Shown: positions 1-11,584, counted from the stretch's first letter. The stretch is 64,000 bases of DNA from Planktothrix sp. GU0601_MAG3 (GCA_035193785.1 CP136572.1:1184001-1248000), one strand, 5' to 3'. Made by a program: numbers and translations. The notes: generated from the letters alone by a model not told the origin.

Positions 1-2
1 TA

Positions 3-3000
3 ATGACCGCCGATCACTTAATGGTGGGGATGCTGTCGATCATAGATTATCAGCCCCGGGAGCTAACACCGGCAACCATTAAGGCGTTACAAGCACTCAA
101 TAATCAAATTATTAGCCAAATCAATTTACACCGCCAACTGATTCACTCCAAAACCAAACTTAGTCAACTCGAAGATATTATTAATGAACGTAAGCAAGTC
201 TGGGATGTCGTTCGCCAAGAAAGAGACTTTGTTTGTGCAGTTCTTGACACCGTTAGTGCTTTGGTGATTGTCCTTGATCCCGAAGGTCGAATTATTCGGT
301 TTAATCGAACCTGTGAAACAACTGACGGGATATTCCGCCGAAGAAGTCGAAGGAAAAACCTTTGATGAGTTGGGGGTTAACCTATTACCCTTTCCTTCTA
401 GCAGCCAACTGCTTCCGAGGGCGATCATGATTGAGTTTGACGAATCTCCTAAATCGGTAAAAACTCAACATTCCTTTCCGCCGATCCCGAATCATACGAG
501 TTTAAATGCTTGGGAAACGGAATGGATTCAGCCTAATGGCCAGCGCCATTGGATTACTTGGTCAAATACGGCTTTGTTTCAGGCGAATGGCTTGATCAAA
601 TATGTAATTGCTACGGGAATTGATATTACCGAACGTAGACAGTCCGAAGCCCGGATGGAATTGCTAGAAAGGGCAATTACGGCCAGTCCTAGCGGAATTG
701 TGATTAGTGATTTTACCGCCACCGATTGTCCGATTATCTACTGTAATCCCGCTTTTGAAAGATTAACGGGCTATTCTCAGGGGGAAGTTTTAGGGCGCAA
801 TTGTCGGATGCTTCAGGGCGAGGATACTGATCCGCAAGAATTAGCCCACCTCCGGGGTGCGATCGCTAACCATCGGGAATGTAGCGTTACCTTAAAAAAT
901 TATCGTAAAGATGGCAATTACTTCTGGAATGAACTGTCGATTTCCCCCGTGCGCGATCGAGAAGGACGTTTAACTCATTTTATCGGCATTCAAACCGATA
1001 TTACCCAACGCAAACAGTCTGAGGATGCTTTGCGCGAAAGCGAGGCCCGTTATCGACTTTTGGCCGATCATGCGACGGATTTAATTTCTCGACATAGCAA
1101 AGATGGCACTTATTTATATGCTTCTCCAGCTAGTCAGCAATTATTGGGATATTCACCGGAGGAATTGATCGGAAAATCGATCTACGACTTGATTCATCCC
1201 GAGGATTTAGAAGGGACTCGAGCAAAATGTTCACTATTAATAAATAGTCAGGATATTTATACTGTCAGTTACCGAATTCGATGTTGTAATGGGGAATATA
1301 TCTGGTTTGAAAGTACCTGTCATGGGTTGAGAAATCAAAACTCCCAAGATATTGATGAAATTATTGCGGTTTCGCGGAATATTACGGAACGAAAAGAGGC
1401 TGAAACCCTATTATTAGAGAGATCACGGCTTTCTCAATTGGAAGCGGAAGTGGGAACAGCCCTGGGCCATGGGGGGTCGATTGCCACGATTCTCAGCCGT
1501 TGTATACAGGCGATCGCCGATTATCCTGATGTGGCCGGGGTGGGAATTTGGACGTTAAATCTGAATAGCAATCAATTAGAACTCCAAGCCAATGCCGGAT
1601 TAACCGTTCATGAACATAATATTACCGAAACCGATGTTTTAACCCGTTCGATTCCTAACTCCCTATCCCTAATGAAAAGTCGGACGTTTGATTTTCCTTT
1701 GGTGGTGGAAGGGCGTTTAGTCGGGTTAATGGCTATTTGTAGCCACTCCACCCTAAATGATGAAGCCCGGGGAGTTTTGGGCTGGGTGGCCAATGCCCTG
1801 GCCGTGGGAATTGATCGGGTGAAGGCGCGGGAAGAACTGCAAAGTCGCCGGGAAGGGTTATTATTCCGGTTGGCGAGTCAGATTCGGGATTCCCTAGATA
1901 TTGATACGATTTTGGGAACAGCCGTAAGTGAAATTCGGGCTTTATTGCAGGTGGATCAATGTCATTTCCTCTGGTATATGCACATTCAACCCAATCTCCA
2001 ACCCAGTTTTGCCGTTACCCACGAATCCCTAAATCCCGATTTATCCAATGGTTTGCAGGATTATCCCCCGGAAACAAATTCCTCTGTTAGCCGAAAAAAT
2101 TCGGATGGCCCAGACGATTAAAATTGATAATCTCCACACCACAACGGCCTTAGATGAATCGACCTGTCGGTTTTTACAAGCGACGGGGATTTTCTCCCTA
2201 TTATTATTGCCCTTGGAAACCCGATCGGGTCAACGGGGGGCGGTAGTTTGTAATCATTATGGGGGATCTCGACCCTGGCGGGACAGTGAGGTGGAGCTTT
2301 TGCGGGCGGTGGTGGATCAGTTAGCGATCGCCATTGACCAAGCGGAATTATATGCCCAAACCCGGGCGGCGGCCTTAGCAGCCCAAACCCAAGCCTTTCA
2401 TTTGAGTGAAGCGTTACAGGATTTAAAACAAAAGGAATCCCAATTAATTCAAAGTGAAAAAATGTCGAGTTTAGGACAAATGGTGGCGGGAGTTGCCCAT
2501 GAAATTAATAATCCGGTTAATTTTATTTATGGCAATCTTACCTATGCCAAGGAATATACTCAAGATATTTTAGAATTGTTGGAATTGTATCAAGAAATTT
2601 ATCCGGTTCCGACTCCTGCCCTTCAAGCTAAAGGTGAAGAAATTGAATTAGAATTTTTAGTCGAAGATTTACCTAAAATTCTATCTTCAATGGAAATGGG
2701 GGCCGATCGGATTCGTCAAATTGTGGTGTCTTTAAGAAATTTCTCACGGTTAGATGAAGCTGAAATGAAGCCTGTCAATATTCATGATGGTATTGATAGT
2801 ACATTATTAATTTTACAAAATCGGTTAAAACCTAAAGGGGCATCCGGTGGGATTGAGTTAATCAAGGAATATGGCAATTTACCCAAGGTTGAATGTTATG
2901 CTGGACAGTTAAATCAAGTGTTTATGAATCTGATTGGGAATGCAATTGATGCCTTAGATAATCGGCCCGAACCTCGAATTATTAAAATTACTACGGAGAT

Positions 3001-3289
3001 TATTCATCCAAATTTGACGGAATTTAAGGGGAAATTACCTCCTTTAGAACAGGTTAGAATTACAGTTCGAGATAACGGCTTTGGCGTTGAGGATAAGGTT
3101 AAAAATAGGCTTTTTGACCCGTTTTTTACCACAAAACCGGTGGGAAAAGGAACGGGATTAGGGTTATCTATTAGTTATAAAATTGTGGTGGAACAACATC
3201 GGGGGGAAATTCTTTGTTACCGGGATAAAGATAATTTTACGGCATTTGAAGTTTCTATTCCCATATTCCAAAAAGAACATAATCAATAA
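3..3289 (+). CDS. Multi-sensor histidine kinase (GAF remnant-PAS-LOV-PAS-GAF-GAF-HisKA-HATPase); 5' end outside window; split into three ORFs by two +1 insertions
   Basis: ORFs 3..365, 268..2121 and 2048..3289 join when one A is removed at 315-319 and at 2071-2075. Motifs: PAS repeats ending DITERR/DITQRK, GRNCRMLQG, H-box AHEINNP, N-box NLIGNAIDA, G-boxes DNGFG and GKGTGLGL. Confidence 0.9.
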
Positions 3290-3435
3290 TCACTGGAATT
3301 GCGATCGCTTTTTCTCGGTAGTTGGTCAAGAGTTAAGTTAAGGGTGGAGATAATTCTACAATTATTGGCTTGATATTCAGGGTTAAATCCTTGATAGGGA
3401 CTGGCCGTTTGGATCACTTTGCTTATTTTTTGGTA

Positions 3436-3560
3436 TATAGCGCTACGCATTACGGTTAGGACAATTCTAAATCCAGCAAACTCATTGACTGTTTACTGTT
3501 TTGGTGTTCCGGTGTTCCGGTGTTCGGGTTTTCCAAAACTATAGTATCCTAACTATTGTA
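3436..3560. repeat. Degenerate MITE-like intergenic element with GGTGTTCC short tandem repeats
   Basis: Left end TATAGCGCTACGCATTACGGTTAGGACA, right end TATCCTAACTATTGTA (partly complementary, GTTAGGA/TCCTAAC), internal ggtgttccggtgttccggtgttcggg. Confidence 0.5.
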
Positions 3561-3760
3561 TTTGTCTTCAGACCTTCAGACAAAGATATGAGTACAAACG
3601 GCGATGGGTTTAGTTGATGTTTGTATTGACGATTCAAAATAAGCAACCTATAGTTTATAGATCATAAACCCATATTTTGGGATTGATTTTGTCGAGTGAA
3701 GGTTTGTAATACATATCTTGAGATAACTGCGTTAGGTTTCGATCAAATAGGAGTGATTTT

Positions 3761-5350
3761 ATGGTTTTCGGCAATTTAGCGGTTATGTTAATTATTGGAG
3801 TCGTGGTTGGTGTAGGACTCGCCTACTGGTGGTTTGACAAACAGATCTCCAATCAAAAAAACAGTACGGAAGAAAACAATCGTCAGCAACGAGAGGAACA
3901 GGAAAAATCACATCAGATTCGTCAACAACAAACCGTTCAACAGTTACAACAGGAACATCAAAATCAACTTCAGCAAGAAAGACAAACGTTAGAAAATCAA
4001 TATCAAGCTCAAATCGAACAGATAAGTTTGCAGTTACAGGAGAAAGATACTCAGGTTGAACAACTGAATCAATCACTTTTTGAATCTGAAACCCAGGTTG
4101 CACAAATTACAGCACAATTGCAAGAAAGTGAAGTTCAAGCTACACAACTCAATGACCTTTTGAGTCAGTATCAAACCATGCTGGAACAGGTGAATGCTGA
4201 ATTAGAAGCCACTCAAGCACAGGTTCAGGAACTAAGTCAATTTTCTACCAATCAACAGGTTGAATCTGAAATTCAACCTGTTGATTCGGTAACTCCAGCA
4301 ATAGAAATAACCCTTCCTTTACCAGAAACTTCGGAAGAAACACCTTTTTTTGAGGGTGAATTTGCAGCAACAGAACCTGCGGTTTTAGAGTCTCCTATCG
4401 TTGAGGAAATTATCCCAGAATCTCCAATTTTAGAAGCTCCTATCGTTGAGGAATTTATCCCAGAATCTCCGGTTTTAGACTCTCCCACCCTTGAGGAAGT
4501 AGTTGCAGAATCTCCAATTTTAGAAGATTCTACCGTTGAGGAAATTATCCCAGAATCTCCAATTTTAGAAGCTCCTATCGTTGAGGAATTTATCCCAGAA
4601 TCTCCAATTTTAGAGTCTCCTACCGTTGAGGAAATAGTTGCAGAATCTCCAATTTTAGAAGCTCCTATCGTTGAGGAAATTATCCCAGAACCTCCAATTT
4701 TAGAAGCTCCTACAGTTGAGGAAATTATCCCAGAATCTCCAATTTTAGACTCTCCCACCGTTGAGGAAGTAGTTGCAGAACCTCCAATTTTAGAAGCTCC
4801 TACCGTTGAGGAAATTATCCCAGAATCTCCAATTTTAGAAGATTCTACCGTTGAGGAAATAGTTGCAGAATCTCCAATTTTAGAGACTTCTAATATTGAG
4901 GAAGTTATAACACAAACTGTATCAGAGGAAGAATTAATTCAACAAATTTTAGCAATTGGAACATCAGGAAACTTTGCATCTGTTAACACATTAACCGGAT
5001 ATTTGCAACATCCTAATCCTCAAGTTCGTTATGCTATTGCTTCAACATTAGGAAAAATTACCGCCTCTCGTCGCTTGAGTCGGGAAGTACAACAAACCAT
5101 TCCTGTTTTAACTCGATTGAGTCAAGATATTGATCCAAATGTTCGTCAGGAAGCGATTATTGCATTGGGAAATATCCCCTCGCATCAAGTTATTCCGATC
5201 TTACAAAAAGCATTGCGAGATTCTCAAACTAACGTCATGCAAGCCGCTAGTTTAGCATTAAACAAATTCAAAGTTTATCGCGTCCGTCCCAAATCTCAAC
5301 CGAAATCCCTAATGTTGAGAAAACCTGATATATCTAGGAATCCTCAATAG
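3761..5350 (+). CDS. Membrane-anchored coiled-coil / acidic Pro-Glu repeat / C-terminal HEAT-repeat protein
   Basis: N-terminal hydrophobic helix, Q/E-rich coiled coil, 12 x 15-aa repeats, HEAT motifs (HPNPQVRYAIASTLG, DIDPNVRQEAIIALG). RBS-like AGGAG upstream. Confidence 0.85.
   Translation: MVFGNLAVMLIIGVVVGVGLAYWWFDKQISNQKNSTEENNRQQREEQEKSHQIRQQQTVQQLQQEHQNQLQQERQTLENQYQAQIEQISLQLQEKDTQVEQLNQSLFESETQVAQITAQLQESEVQATQLNDLLSQYQTMLEQVNAELEATQAQVQELSQFSTNQQVESEIQPVDSVTPAIEITLPLPETSEETPFFEGEFAATEPAVLESPIVEEIIPESPILEAPIVEEFIPESPVLDSPTLEEVVAESPILEDSTVEEIIPESPILEAPIVEEFIPESPILESPTVEEIVAESPILEAPIVEEIIPEPPILEAPTVEEIIPESPILDSPTVEEVVAEPPILEAPTVEEIIPESPILEDSTVEEIVAESPILETSNIEEVITQTVSEEELIQQILAIGTSGNFASVNTLTGYLQHPNPQVRYAIASTLGKITASRRLSREVQQTIPVLTRLSQDIDPNVRQEAIIALGNIPSHQVIPILQKALRDSQTNVMQAASLALNKFKVYRVRPKSQPKSLMLRKPDISRNPQ
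4373..4912 (+). repeat. Coding tandem repeat, 12 x 45 bp (ESPILEAPIVEEIIP)
   Basis: Units counted from the translation; DNA unit gaatctccaattttagaagctcctatcgttgaggaaattatccca. Confidence 0.95.
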
Positions 5351-5601
5351 GTTATAATATTTTATTGTGGGGGTTTGACATCCGAGTCCAACCCCTACAT
5401 TTTTGTTTGGTAATAACTTTATAGTTTCCCTAGCGATGGGGAATCAAATATAAAGTTTTGATTTTTATTAACATGAAACTTGACTTTTAGAAACAACAAT
5501 GAAATTTCAAACCTCCTTATTCGCGATCGCTTGTCTTATTGGTACAGTAGGTATTTATTTACCAGTTTCAAGCTAATTCCTTACAGAATACCTCCATTCA
5601 G

Positions 5602-5859
5602 ATGGCTCAGTCTTCTGCACCCGAAAAGACTTATATGACTCCCCAAAATGCTAACGAAATTGCTGTTAGAATTCAGGATGGAGAGTTTTTCTTCGCGGGA
5701 ATGTTAAAGCGGACTTCGGGCAATAAATTTATGGCTCAAGATGAACAAGTTCGTGTGATGTACGATAAAGATACAAGTCAAGTCGTTGTGATCAATGTCG
5801 TTACAGGAACAGAATTTTATAACTATATCTTCTCTACTGCTGATGAAGGATCATTGTAA
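5602..5859 (+). CDS. Hypothetical protein (85 aa)
   Basis: Clean ATG-initiated ORF with protein-like composition in an otherwise empty interval. Confidence 0.7.
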   Translation: MAQSSAPEKTYMTPQNANEIAVRIQDGEFFFAGMLKRTSGNKFMAQDEQVRVMYDKDTSQVVVINVVTGTEFYNYIFSTADEGSL

Positions 5860-5990
5860 AATTTTTGTTATTTGATATTATAAATTATGATTAGCGAAGG
5901 ATGTTTATAGTTCCAACATAATTTGAGCTTGAGTTTGAGCTTTGCTCGGTGTTTCCCCTGTTAGTTCTAGTATTTTGGCGATCCTGTTTT

Positions 5991-7790
5991 CTATGAATGC
6001 GATCGCACGCTTTCATTCCATTCCTTTAAAAAAGTCTCATAGGCGTGATTAATTTGTTGCATGACGGCGATCGCCTCTGATTTAACGTTATAATCAGGAT
6101 GATATTGTTTTGCTAATTGATAATAGGCTTGTTTGACTTGATTAGGTGTTGCCTTGGGATTTACTCCTAATATTTGCCACCAATTTTGATAACATTCGGA
6201 TGCGATTAATTCCGGTAGACTTAATTGTTGATACCAGATTTGTAAAATACCCTTTTGACTTCCACTAACCAATCTTTGACCATCGGGACTAAAAGCAACG
6301 GGAGAACAACCGGAGAGTGTTTGCAATAATTCTCCGGTTTTCCAATTCCATAATTTAACCGTTTGATCCACACTTCCACTCGCCAAAATTTGGCTATTGG
6401 GACTCAAAGCTATAGAAAAAATAGCGGCGGAATGTCCAGTTAATGTCCGAATTAATTGATGATTTTTCCAATTCCAGACTTTAATTGTATTATCAGCACT
6501 CCCACTGATTAAAACTTGATTATCAGGACTGAATAAAACCGCAGTCACCCAGTTAGAATGTCCGGTTAAAATAATAGGATTTTCATAGGCTTTTATATTC
6601 CAAATTATAATGGTTTTATCAGCACTACCACTGGCTACAAATTGACTCTGAGAACAGATAGCTACAGACCAAACTCCATCAGTATGTCCGTTCAAAATTC
6701 GTTTAGATTGTCCGGTTTTAAAATACCAAAGTCTAACGGTTTTATCGCTACTTCCACTAATTAAAATTTGACCATCTGGACTAAATACAAGGGACGTAAT
6801 AATTCCCATATTTTTTTCAGGAAAATTCTGATCCAATAAAGTTCGATTTAGTTGTCGAGTCTGAAAATTCCAGAGGGTAATTCGACCATTAACACTCCCC
6901 GTGGCAACGATTTCTGAATTCGGACTAATGGCAACGGAATACATCTCATAGGGCATAAACCAAGTATATTTTTTCTTAACTGTATTAACATCCCAAATAT
7001 TAATATTGCGATCATCACTGGCACTGATCAAAGTTTGACTATCGGGACTAAAAGCCACCGCATGAATTGAATCTTGATGTCCGGCTAAACCCTGTGTTTC
7101 TGTCCACATTAAATCCGGTGAATGGGGACGAATAACAAGATTATGATTGTCAATATTAGGTTTTTCTGTATTTTTTTGAGGGGATGATTGCTGGGAATCT
7201 TGAATATTTTGTTTAAGCTGTTTTAATTCATCTTCTAATTCTAAATCATTGAATTTTTGTTTTAATTTTTCTTCGTGAAATTCAGGAATTAGTTCTAAAA
7301 CTTCTAATAATGCGGCGGTATAAAATTCCTGATCTAAAATTCGTTCTTCCATCCGGTCAAAGGCTTGAAACGCTGTTTCTCCGCTTCCAGTAGCATCAAT
7401 TAATTGGGCAATTCCATATAATCCTAAGCCAACAATGCCGCCAAAAACCCCTAATGTTCCCATGCCAATTCCCACACCTGTCCCGGCAAAACCTAACCCC
7501 ATTCCTCCCACAACGGAAGAAATTCCCGCCCCGGAAATTGCCCCTAATCCTACTGCACCCCAGGCGATAGAATCCCCCTGATTAATTGCTCTAAATGCTC
7601 CATAAGTTGCAGCACCCGCCACCGCCCCCACACCCATTAAGGGCATCATTCCTAACCCAATTCCCCCAAAACTTCCCACCAGTCCCACACCACCAATTGT
7701 GCTATAAATTCCTGCCCCAGTCGCTGCACCGACGGTAACAAATGTTGTACCAGTAGTTAAGTTTTGCGAGAAATTATAATAACTTTTCAT
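5991..7790 (-). CDS. Glycine-zipper membrane region + WD40 propeller + C-terminal DnaJ-domain protein
   Basis: N-terminal GxxxG-rich hydrophobic segments, about 7 GH...WD-type repeats, J-domain with HPD motif (KQYHPD). ATG at 7790 chosen. Confidence 0.9.
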   Translation of the reverse strand: MKSYYNFSQNLTTGTTFVTVGAATGAGIYSTIGGVGLVGSFGGIGLGMMPLMGVGAVAGAATYGAFRAINQGDSIAWGAVGLGAISGAGISSVVGGMGLGFAGTGVGIGMGTLGVFGGIVGLGLYGIAQLIDATGSGETAFQAFDRMEERILDQEFYTAALLEVLELIPEFHEEKLKQKFNDLELEDELKQLKQNIQDSQQSSPQKNTEKPNIDNHNLVIRPHSPDLMWTETQGLAGHQDSIHAVAFSPDSQTLISASDDRNINIWDVNTVKKKYTWFMPYEMYSVAISPNSEIVATGSVNGRITLWNFQTRQLNRTLLDQNFPEKNMGIITSLVFSPDGQILISGSSDKTVRLWYFKTGQSKRILNGHTDGVWSVAICSQSQFVASGSADKTIIIWNIKAYENPIILTGHSNWVTAVLFSPDNQVLISGSADNTIKVWNWKNHQLIRTLTGHSAAIFSIALSPNSQILASGSVDQTVKLWNWKTGELLQTLSGCSPVAFSPDGQRLVSGSQKGILQIWYQQLSLPELIASECYQNWWQILGVNPKATPNQVKQAYYQLAKQYHPDYNVKSEAIAVMQQINHAYETFLKEWNESVRSHS

Positions 7791-7853
7791 GATTTTTTTC
7801 AGTTGCGTAAATTTCATTATAGAATTAATAATAATTCTATCAATAACCTATCT

Positions 7854-8900
7854 ATGACATCTAATCAAAACTTTAGTTTAACTTGTCCGATTCCAATTCA
7901 ACAATACCCTCATATTTTACTCGCTCATGGCGGTGGGGGTAAACTGATGCGTCAATTAATTGACAAAATGTTTTTACCTACTTTTGGTGATCCCAATCAA
8001 GTTGAACATGATGCAGCTACCCTACAATTAAACGGAAATAAAATAGCCTTTACGACGGATTCCTATGTGGTTAATCCCCTATTTTTTCCGGGGGGAGATA
8101 TTGGCTCAATGGCTGTTTATGGAACTGTTAATGATTTAGCAATGGCGGGGGCTCGTCCTTTATATTTAAGTGTGGGTTTTATTTTAGAAGAAGGTTTACC
8201 GATTCAAACGTTATGGGAAATTATTCTATCTATGAAACAAGCCGCCGAAAAAGCTCAGGTTAAAATTGTTACTGGAGATACTAAAGTTGTTGATAAAGGT
8301 AAGGGAGATGGGATTTTTATTAATACATCAGGTATCGGAATAATTGAACACAACTTAACCATTAATCCCCTATCTGTTCAACCGGGAGATGCTGTTATTA
8401 TTAATGGGGATTTAGGACGCCATGGGATTGCAATTATGGCGGTGCGAGAGGGATTAGAATTTGAAACAACTATAGAAAGCGATTCTGCACCTGTGGCGGA
8501 TGTGGTTTTAGAGTTATTAGAGGCGGGAATAGAAATTCACTGTTTACGAGATTTAACCCGGGGCGGTTTAGCAAGTACGTTAAATGAAATTGCTACTGCT
8601 GCTAAAGTGGAAATTGCAATTCAAGAAACGGCTATTAATATATTAGAAGAAGTTAGAGGTGCTTGTGAAATATTGGGATTTGATGCCCTTTATATTGCTA
8701 ATGAAGGGCGGTTTGCGGTGTTTGTTCCTGAAAAAGATATTGAAAAAACCTTATCAATTTTACGGGCAAAAATTCCAGAAGCGAGTTTAATTGGTTGCGT
8801 TAAAACAACTTCAAATCCTTTAGTTACCATGGAAAGTACAATCGGAGCAAAACGAATTATTGATATGTTAAGTGGAGAACAGTTACCTCGGATTTGTTAG
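7854..8900 (+). CDS. hypE: Hydrogenase maturation carbamoyl dehydratase HypE
   Basis: [32 protein letters not shown] and the diagnostic C-terminal PRIC. Confidence 0.97.
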   Translation: MTSNQNFSLTCPIPIQQYPHILLAHGGGGKLMRQLIDKMFLPTFGDPNQVEHDAATLQLNGNKIAFTTDSYVVNPLFFPGGDIGSMAVYGTVNDLAMAGARPLYLSVGFILEEGLPIQTLWEIILSMKQAAEKAQVKIVTGDTKVVDKGKGDGIFINTSGIGIIEHNLTINPLSVQPGDAVIINGDLGRHGIAIMAVREGLEFETTIESDSAPVADVVLELLEAGIEIHCLRDLTRGGLASTLNEIATAAKVEIAIQETAINILEEVRGACEILGFDALYIANEGRFAVFVPEKDIEKTLSILRAKIPEASLIGCVKTTSNPLVTMESTIGAKRIIDMLSGEQLPRIC

Positions 8901-8944
8901 GGAGTTAATCTTTTAAATAGACCCAATAATCAGGAGACAGAAGA

Positions 8945-9169
8945 ATGAAATACACAATTATTATTCAATGGTCTGAGGAAGATCAATGTTTTGTGGTGTT
9001 TTTACCTGAATTTGAGGATATTATGCAGCCTTGTACCCATGGAAATTCCTATCAAGATGCTGTTAATAATGCAGAGGAGGTTATTGAATTATTAATTGAG
9101 AGTTATCAAGCAGAGGGTAAACCTTTACCCCATCAAAAAAATATAGGGAATTTTTGCCAAGTTGCTTAA
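8945..9169 (+). CDS. hicB: HicB-family antitoxin (no adjacent hicA seen)
   Basis: MKYTIIIQWSEEDQCFVVFLPEF...THG.SY..AV.NAEEV...GKPLP pattern; AGGAG RBS. Confidence 0.85.
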   Translation: MKYTIIIQWSEEDQCFVVFLPEFEDIMQPCTHGNSYQDAVNNAEEVIELLIESYQAEGKPLPHQKNIGNFCQVA

Positions 9170-9216
9170 ATTTGTAGGATACTCGATTGTAGCCCACGCA
9201 CCTAATAATACTTTAT

Positions 9217-9696
9217 CTAAAATTCACCCGCATCTCGTTTGCGCCAAAATTCATCACGCTGTTTTTGCTGTTGTTTCAGTTTTTCTTTTCTAGCACTTTC
9301 TAAATCTTGATTTAACTTGTTAGTAATAGCCTGCTTTAACTGATGACTTTTATAACTGCGAACGGTTAAAACAGGTTGAACTAAAGAAACCGCTAAAGCT
9401 CCAATGGCGGTATGAATTTTGTCTTGAATTTGTCCTGAATATTGTTTACCTGTAATCACATACCAAGCAAACATTTCACAATTATTCCGATGAATATTAT
9501 ACTCTCCAAATCTTTGAGGATATTCTAAAATTCGTTGTTCTTGTTCAGGGGTTAATTCTGCTGCTTTGCCTTTATATTCAACACCATTAGGCCCCCAACC
9601 GATTGAATTTTCAAAGGTTCCATCGGAGGAAATAAAATAATGTTTAGCAATTCCTAATGATGACTCAATAGGAATAGAATAGATGGAATTTGCCAT
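9217..9696 (-). CDS. LRAT-like (permuted NlpC/P60) protein
   Basis: N-terminal HY motif and YNIHRNNCEMFA...TG motif (NCEHF-like catalytic Cys), followed by a hydrophobic helix and a coiled-coil tail. Confidence 0.7.
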   Translation of the reverse strand: MANSIYSIPIESSLGIAKHYFISSDGTFENSIGWGPNGVEYKGKAAELTPEQEQRILEYPQRFGEYNIHRNNCEMFAWYVITGKQYSGQIQDKIHTAIGALAVSLVQPVLTVRSYKSHQLKQAITNKLNQDLESARKEKLKQQQKQRDEFWRKRDAGEF

Positions 9697-9818
9697 GGGT
9701 ACTGAGTGCAAATATCCCTTATAATTAATAATATATTACTAAAAAAAAGCTGTGAATTGTTTTTTTTGTAATAATTAGTAATAATTGGTGTTTGGTGCGT
9801 GGGCGGTACTTCTACATT

Positions 9819-11001
9819 CTAAGAATACCAAATAGATTCAATATTAGAGGCGATCGCATTTGCTTCTTGTTCTATATTTTGACCATTTTCTGTGTGAATT
9901 AATACCGTTACATGACCTAACTTTCTACCTGGACGAGATGCGGTTTTACCATACCAACGAATAAAAGAATTAGGAATTTCTGCGATCCTTTGACGCTTTT
10001 CTAAATACTCACTATTAGCGGTTTCAAACCCTAATAAATTCACCATCACCGCCCCACTACATTTTAAGGCGGTATCGCCTAACGGTAAACCACTCACCGC
10101 CCTTAAATGTTGTTTAAATTGGGAAGTTTCACAAGCATCCAAACTAAAATGACCGGAATTATGGGTGCGGGGGGCGATTTCATTAACTAATAGTTCCCCC
10201 TCCGATGTTAAGAATAATTCTATGCCAAATACCCCAATCACTTGTAAACTATTAAGTAGGGTTTTGGCGATCGCTTCTGCTTGTTCGGCTATGGTTTTAT
10301 TAATATTAGCTGGAGCGATAACCCGATGACAAACTTGATTTTTCTGCACCGTTTCAACTATGGGATAAACTGCCACATCTCCCGTAACTGAACGGGCTGC
10401 AACCACCGCTAATTCACGTTCAAAAGGAACAAATTTCTGTAATAACATAGGAGGATAATGGAATTTTGCCCAGGTTTGAGATAATTCCTCGACATTTTTA
10501 ATAATAAAAGTTCCCTGACCATCATAGCCATAACGACAGGCTTTTAAAACCACCGGATAACCCAAATTATGATCAATTACTCTACCATTTTCGGGGTTTA
10601 AAAGTTGAAATTCGGGAACGGGTAAACCAATTTTTTCTAAATAACTGAGTTGATCATATTTATCTAATAATAAAGATAAAGCTGATAAACGAGGACGAAA
10701 ACAAACCCCCTGTTTCCGCAAGTTTAGATAGGGCGTTTAAATCCACAAATTCATTTTCAAAAGTAATGACATCGCAATGAGTTGCTAATTTTGCCGTGGC
10801 TGTGGCATCATCAATTTTGGCTAAAATAGTTTCCGTGGCAAAAGGTACGGCGGGGTCGTCAGTTTGGGGCGTTTGAATAAATAAAGAAACCCCTAAAGAT
10901 GCGGCTTCTATTCCCATCATCCAAGCCAGTTGTCCCCCTCCAATTACACCAATTTTGGTTAGGGTTTGAGGTTGAATTGTGGGAGTAGATAGGGTGTTCA
11001 T
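9819..11001 (-). CDS. purK: N5-carboxyaminoimidazole ribonucleotide synthase PurK (one +1 insertion)
   Basis: IGVIGGGQLA, ITFENEF, GYDGQG, NEIAPRTHNSGH, RKLGHVT. The two ORFs join by removing one base at 10712-10716. Confidence 0.95.
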
Positions 11002-11158
11002 TTTTTAGCAATGGTTTCAACTTTATTTATTTTAACTGAATATAGCAATATAGCAATCCCCAATCAGTTGTAATCATTGCAGACCTAGCACTTTGGACTA
11101 GAAACCGCTACTCCTCTTGATGAAAGTCTGGACACAGCAGGTGGGTGTCTGGGTTGAA

Positions 11159-11525
11159 CAGGACTTACGCAGTTACGCTATATGTAGCGTACTAATGAGT
11201 TGGCGATGCCGACAGGCGGCGTTACTGCCATCGCGCTCGTAACTCAAACGAGATCGCTTTAACAGGAAAACCTCTTAAAGTCCCCCAATTTTGGGGGATT
11301 TAGGGGGCAAATATTGCTGCTTTAGAAATCTGTTCTAAAACGGCTGATAAATCCTTCATAACCTTAGCATTCTAAACACTATACATTTCAAGCCATCTAG
11401 CCCCCTAGCCCCCAACATTGGGGGGAAAATAAATAATTAGGACTTTTTAGGGCAATTGCTATTATCATTGGTATGCGATCACCTACTTTTGACACGCTAT
11501 ATATAGCCTGCTTGCGTAAGTCCTG
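11159..11525. mobile_element. MITE (367 bp) with 13-bp terminal inverted repeats and 5-bp target duplication
   Basis: CAGGACTTACGCA at 11159 and TGCGTAAGTCCTG ending at 11525, with TTGAA directly repeated on both flanks. No transposase; internal CCCCCAA/TTGGGGG hairpins. Confidence 0.8.
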
Positions 11526-11533
11526 TTGAAGTT

Positions 11534-11567
11534 AGAATCTCCGCCACTTTGGCGCAGAGGGTGTCAA
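11534..11567 (+). mobile_element. Solo IS200/IS605-like end (hairpin + GTCAA)
   Basis: AGAATCTCCGCC...GGCGCAGAGGGTGTCAA resembles cyanobacterial IS605 ends; a related copy lies at 53493-53524 on the minus strand. Confidence 0.5.
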
Positions 11568-11584
11568 CTATGGTATAATTCCCT

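Noticed and set aside
4373..4912. Regular repeats resembling a CRISPR array
   Set aside because: Units are contiguous, in-frame and lack unique spacers; no cas genes in the window.
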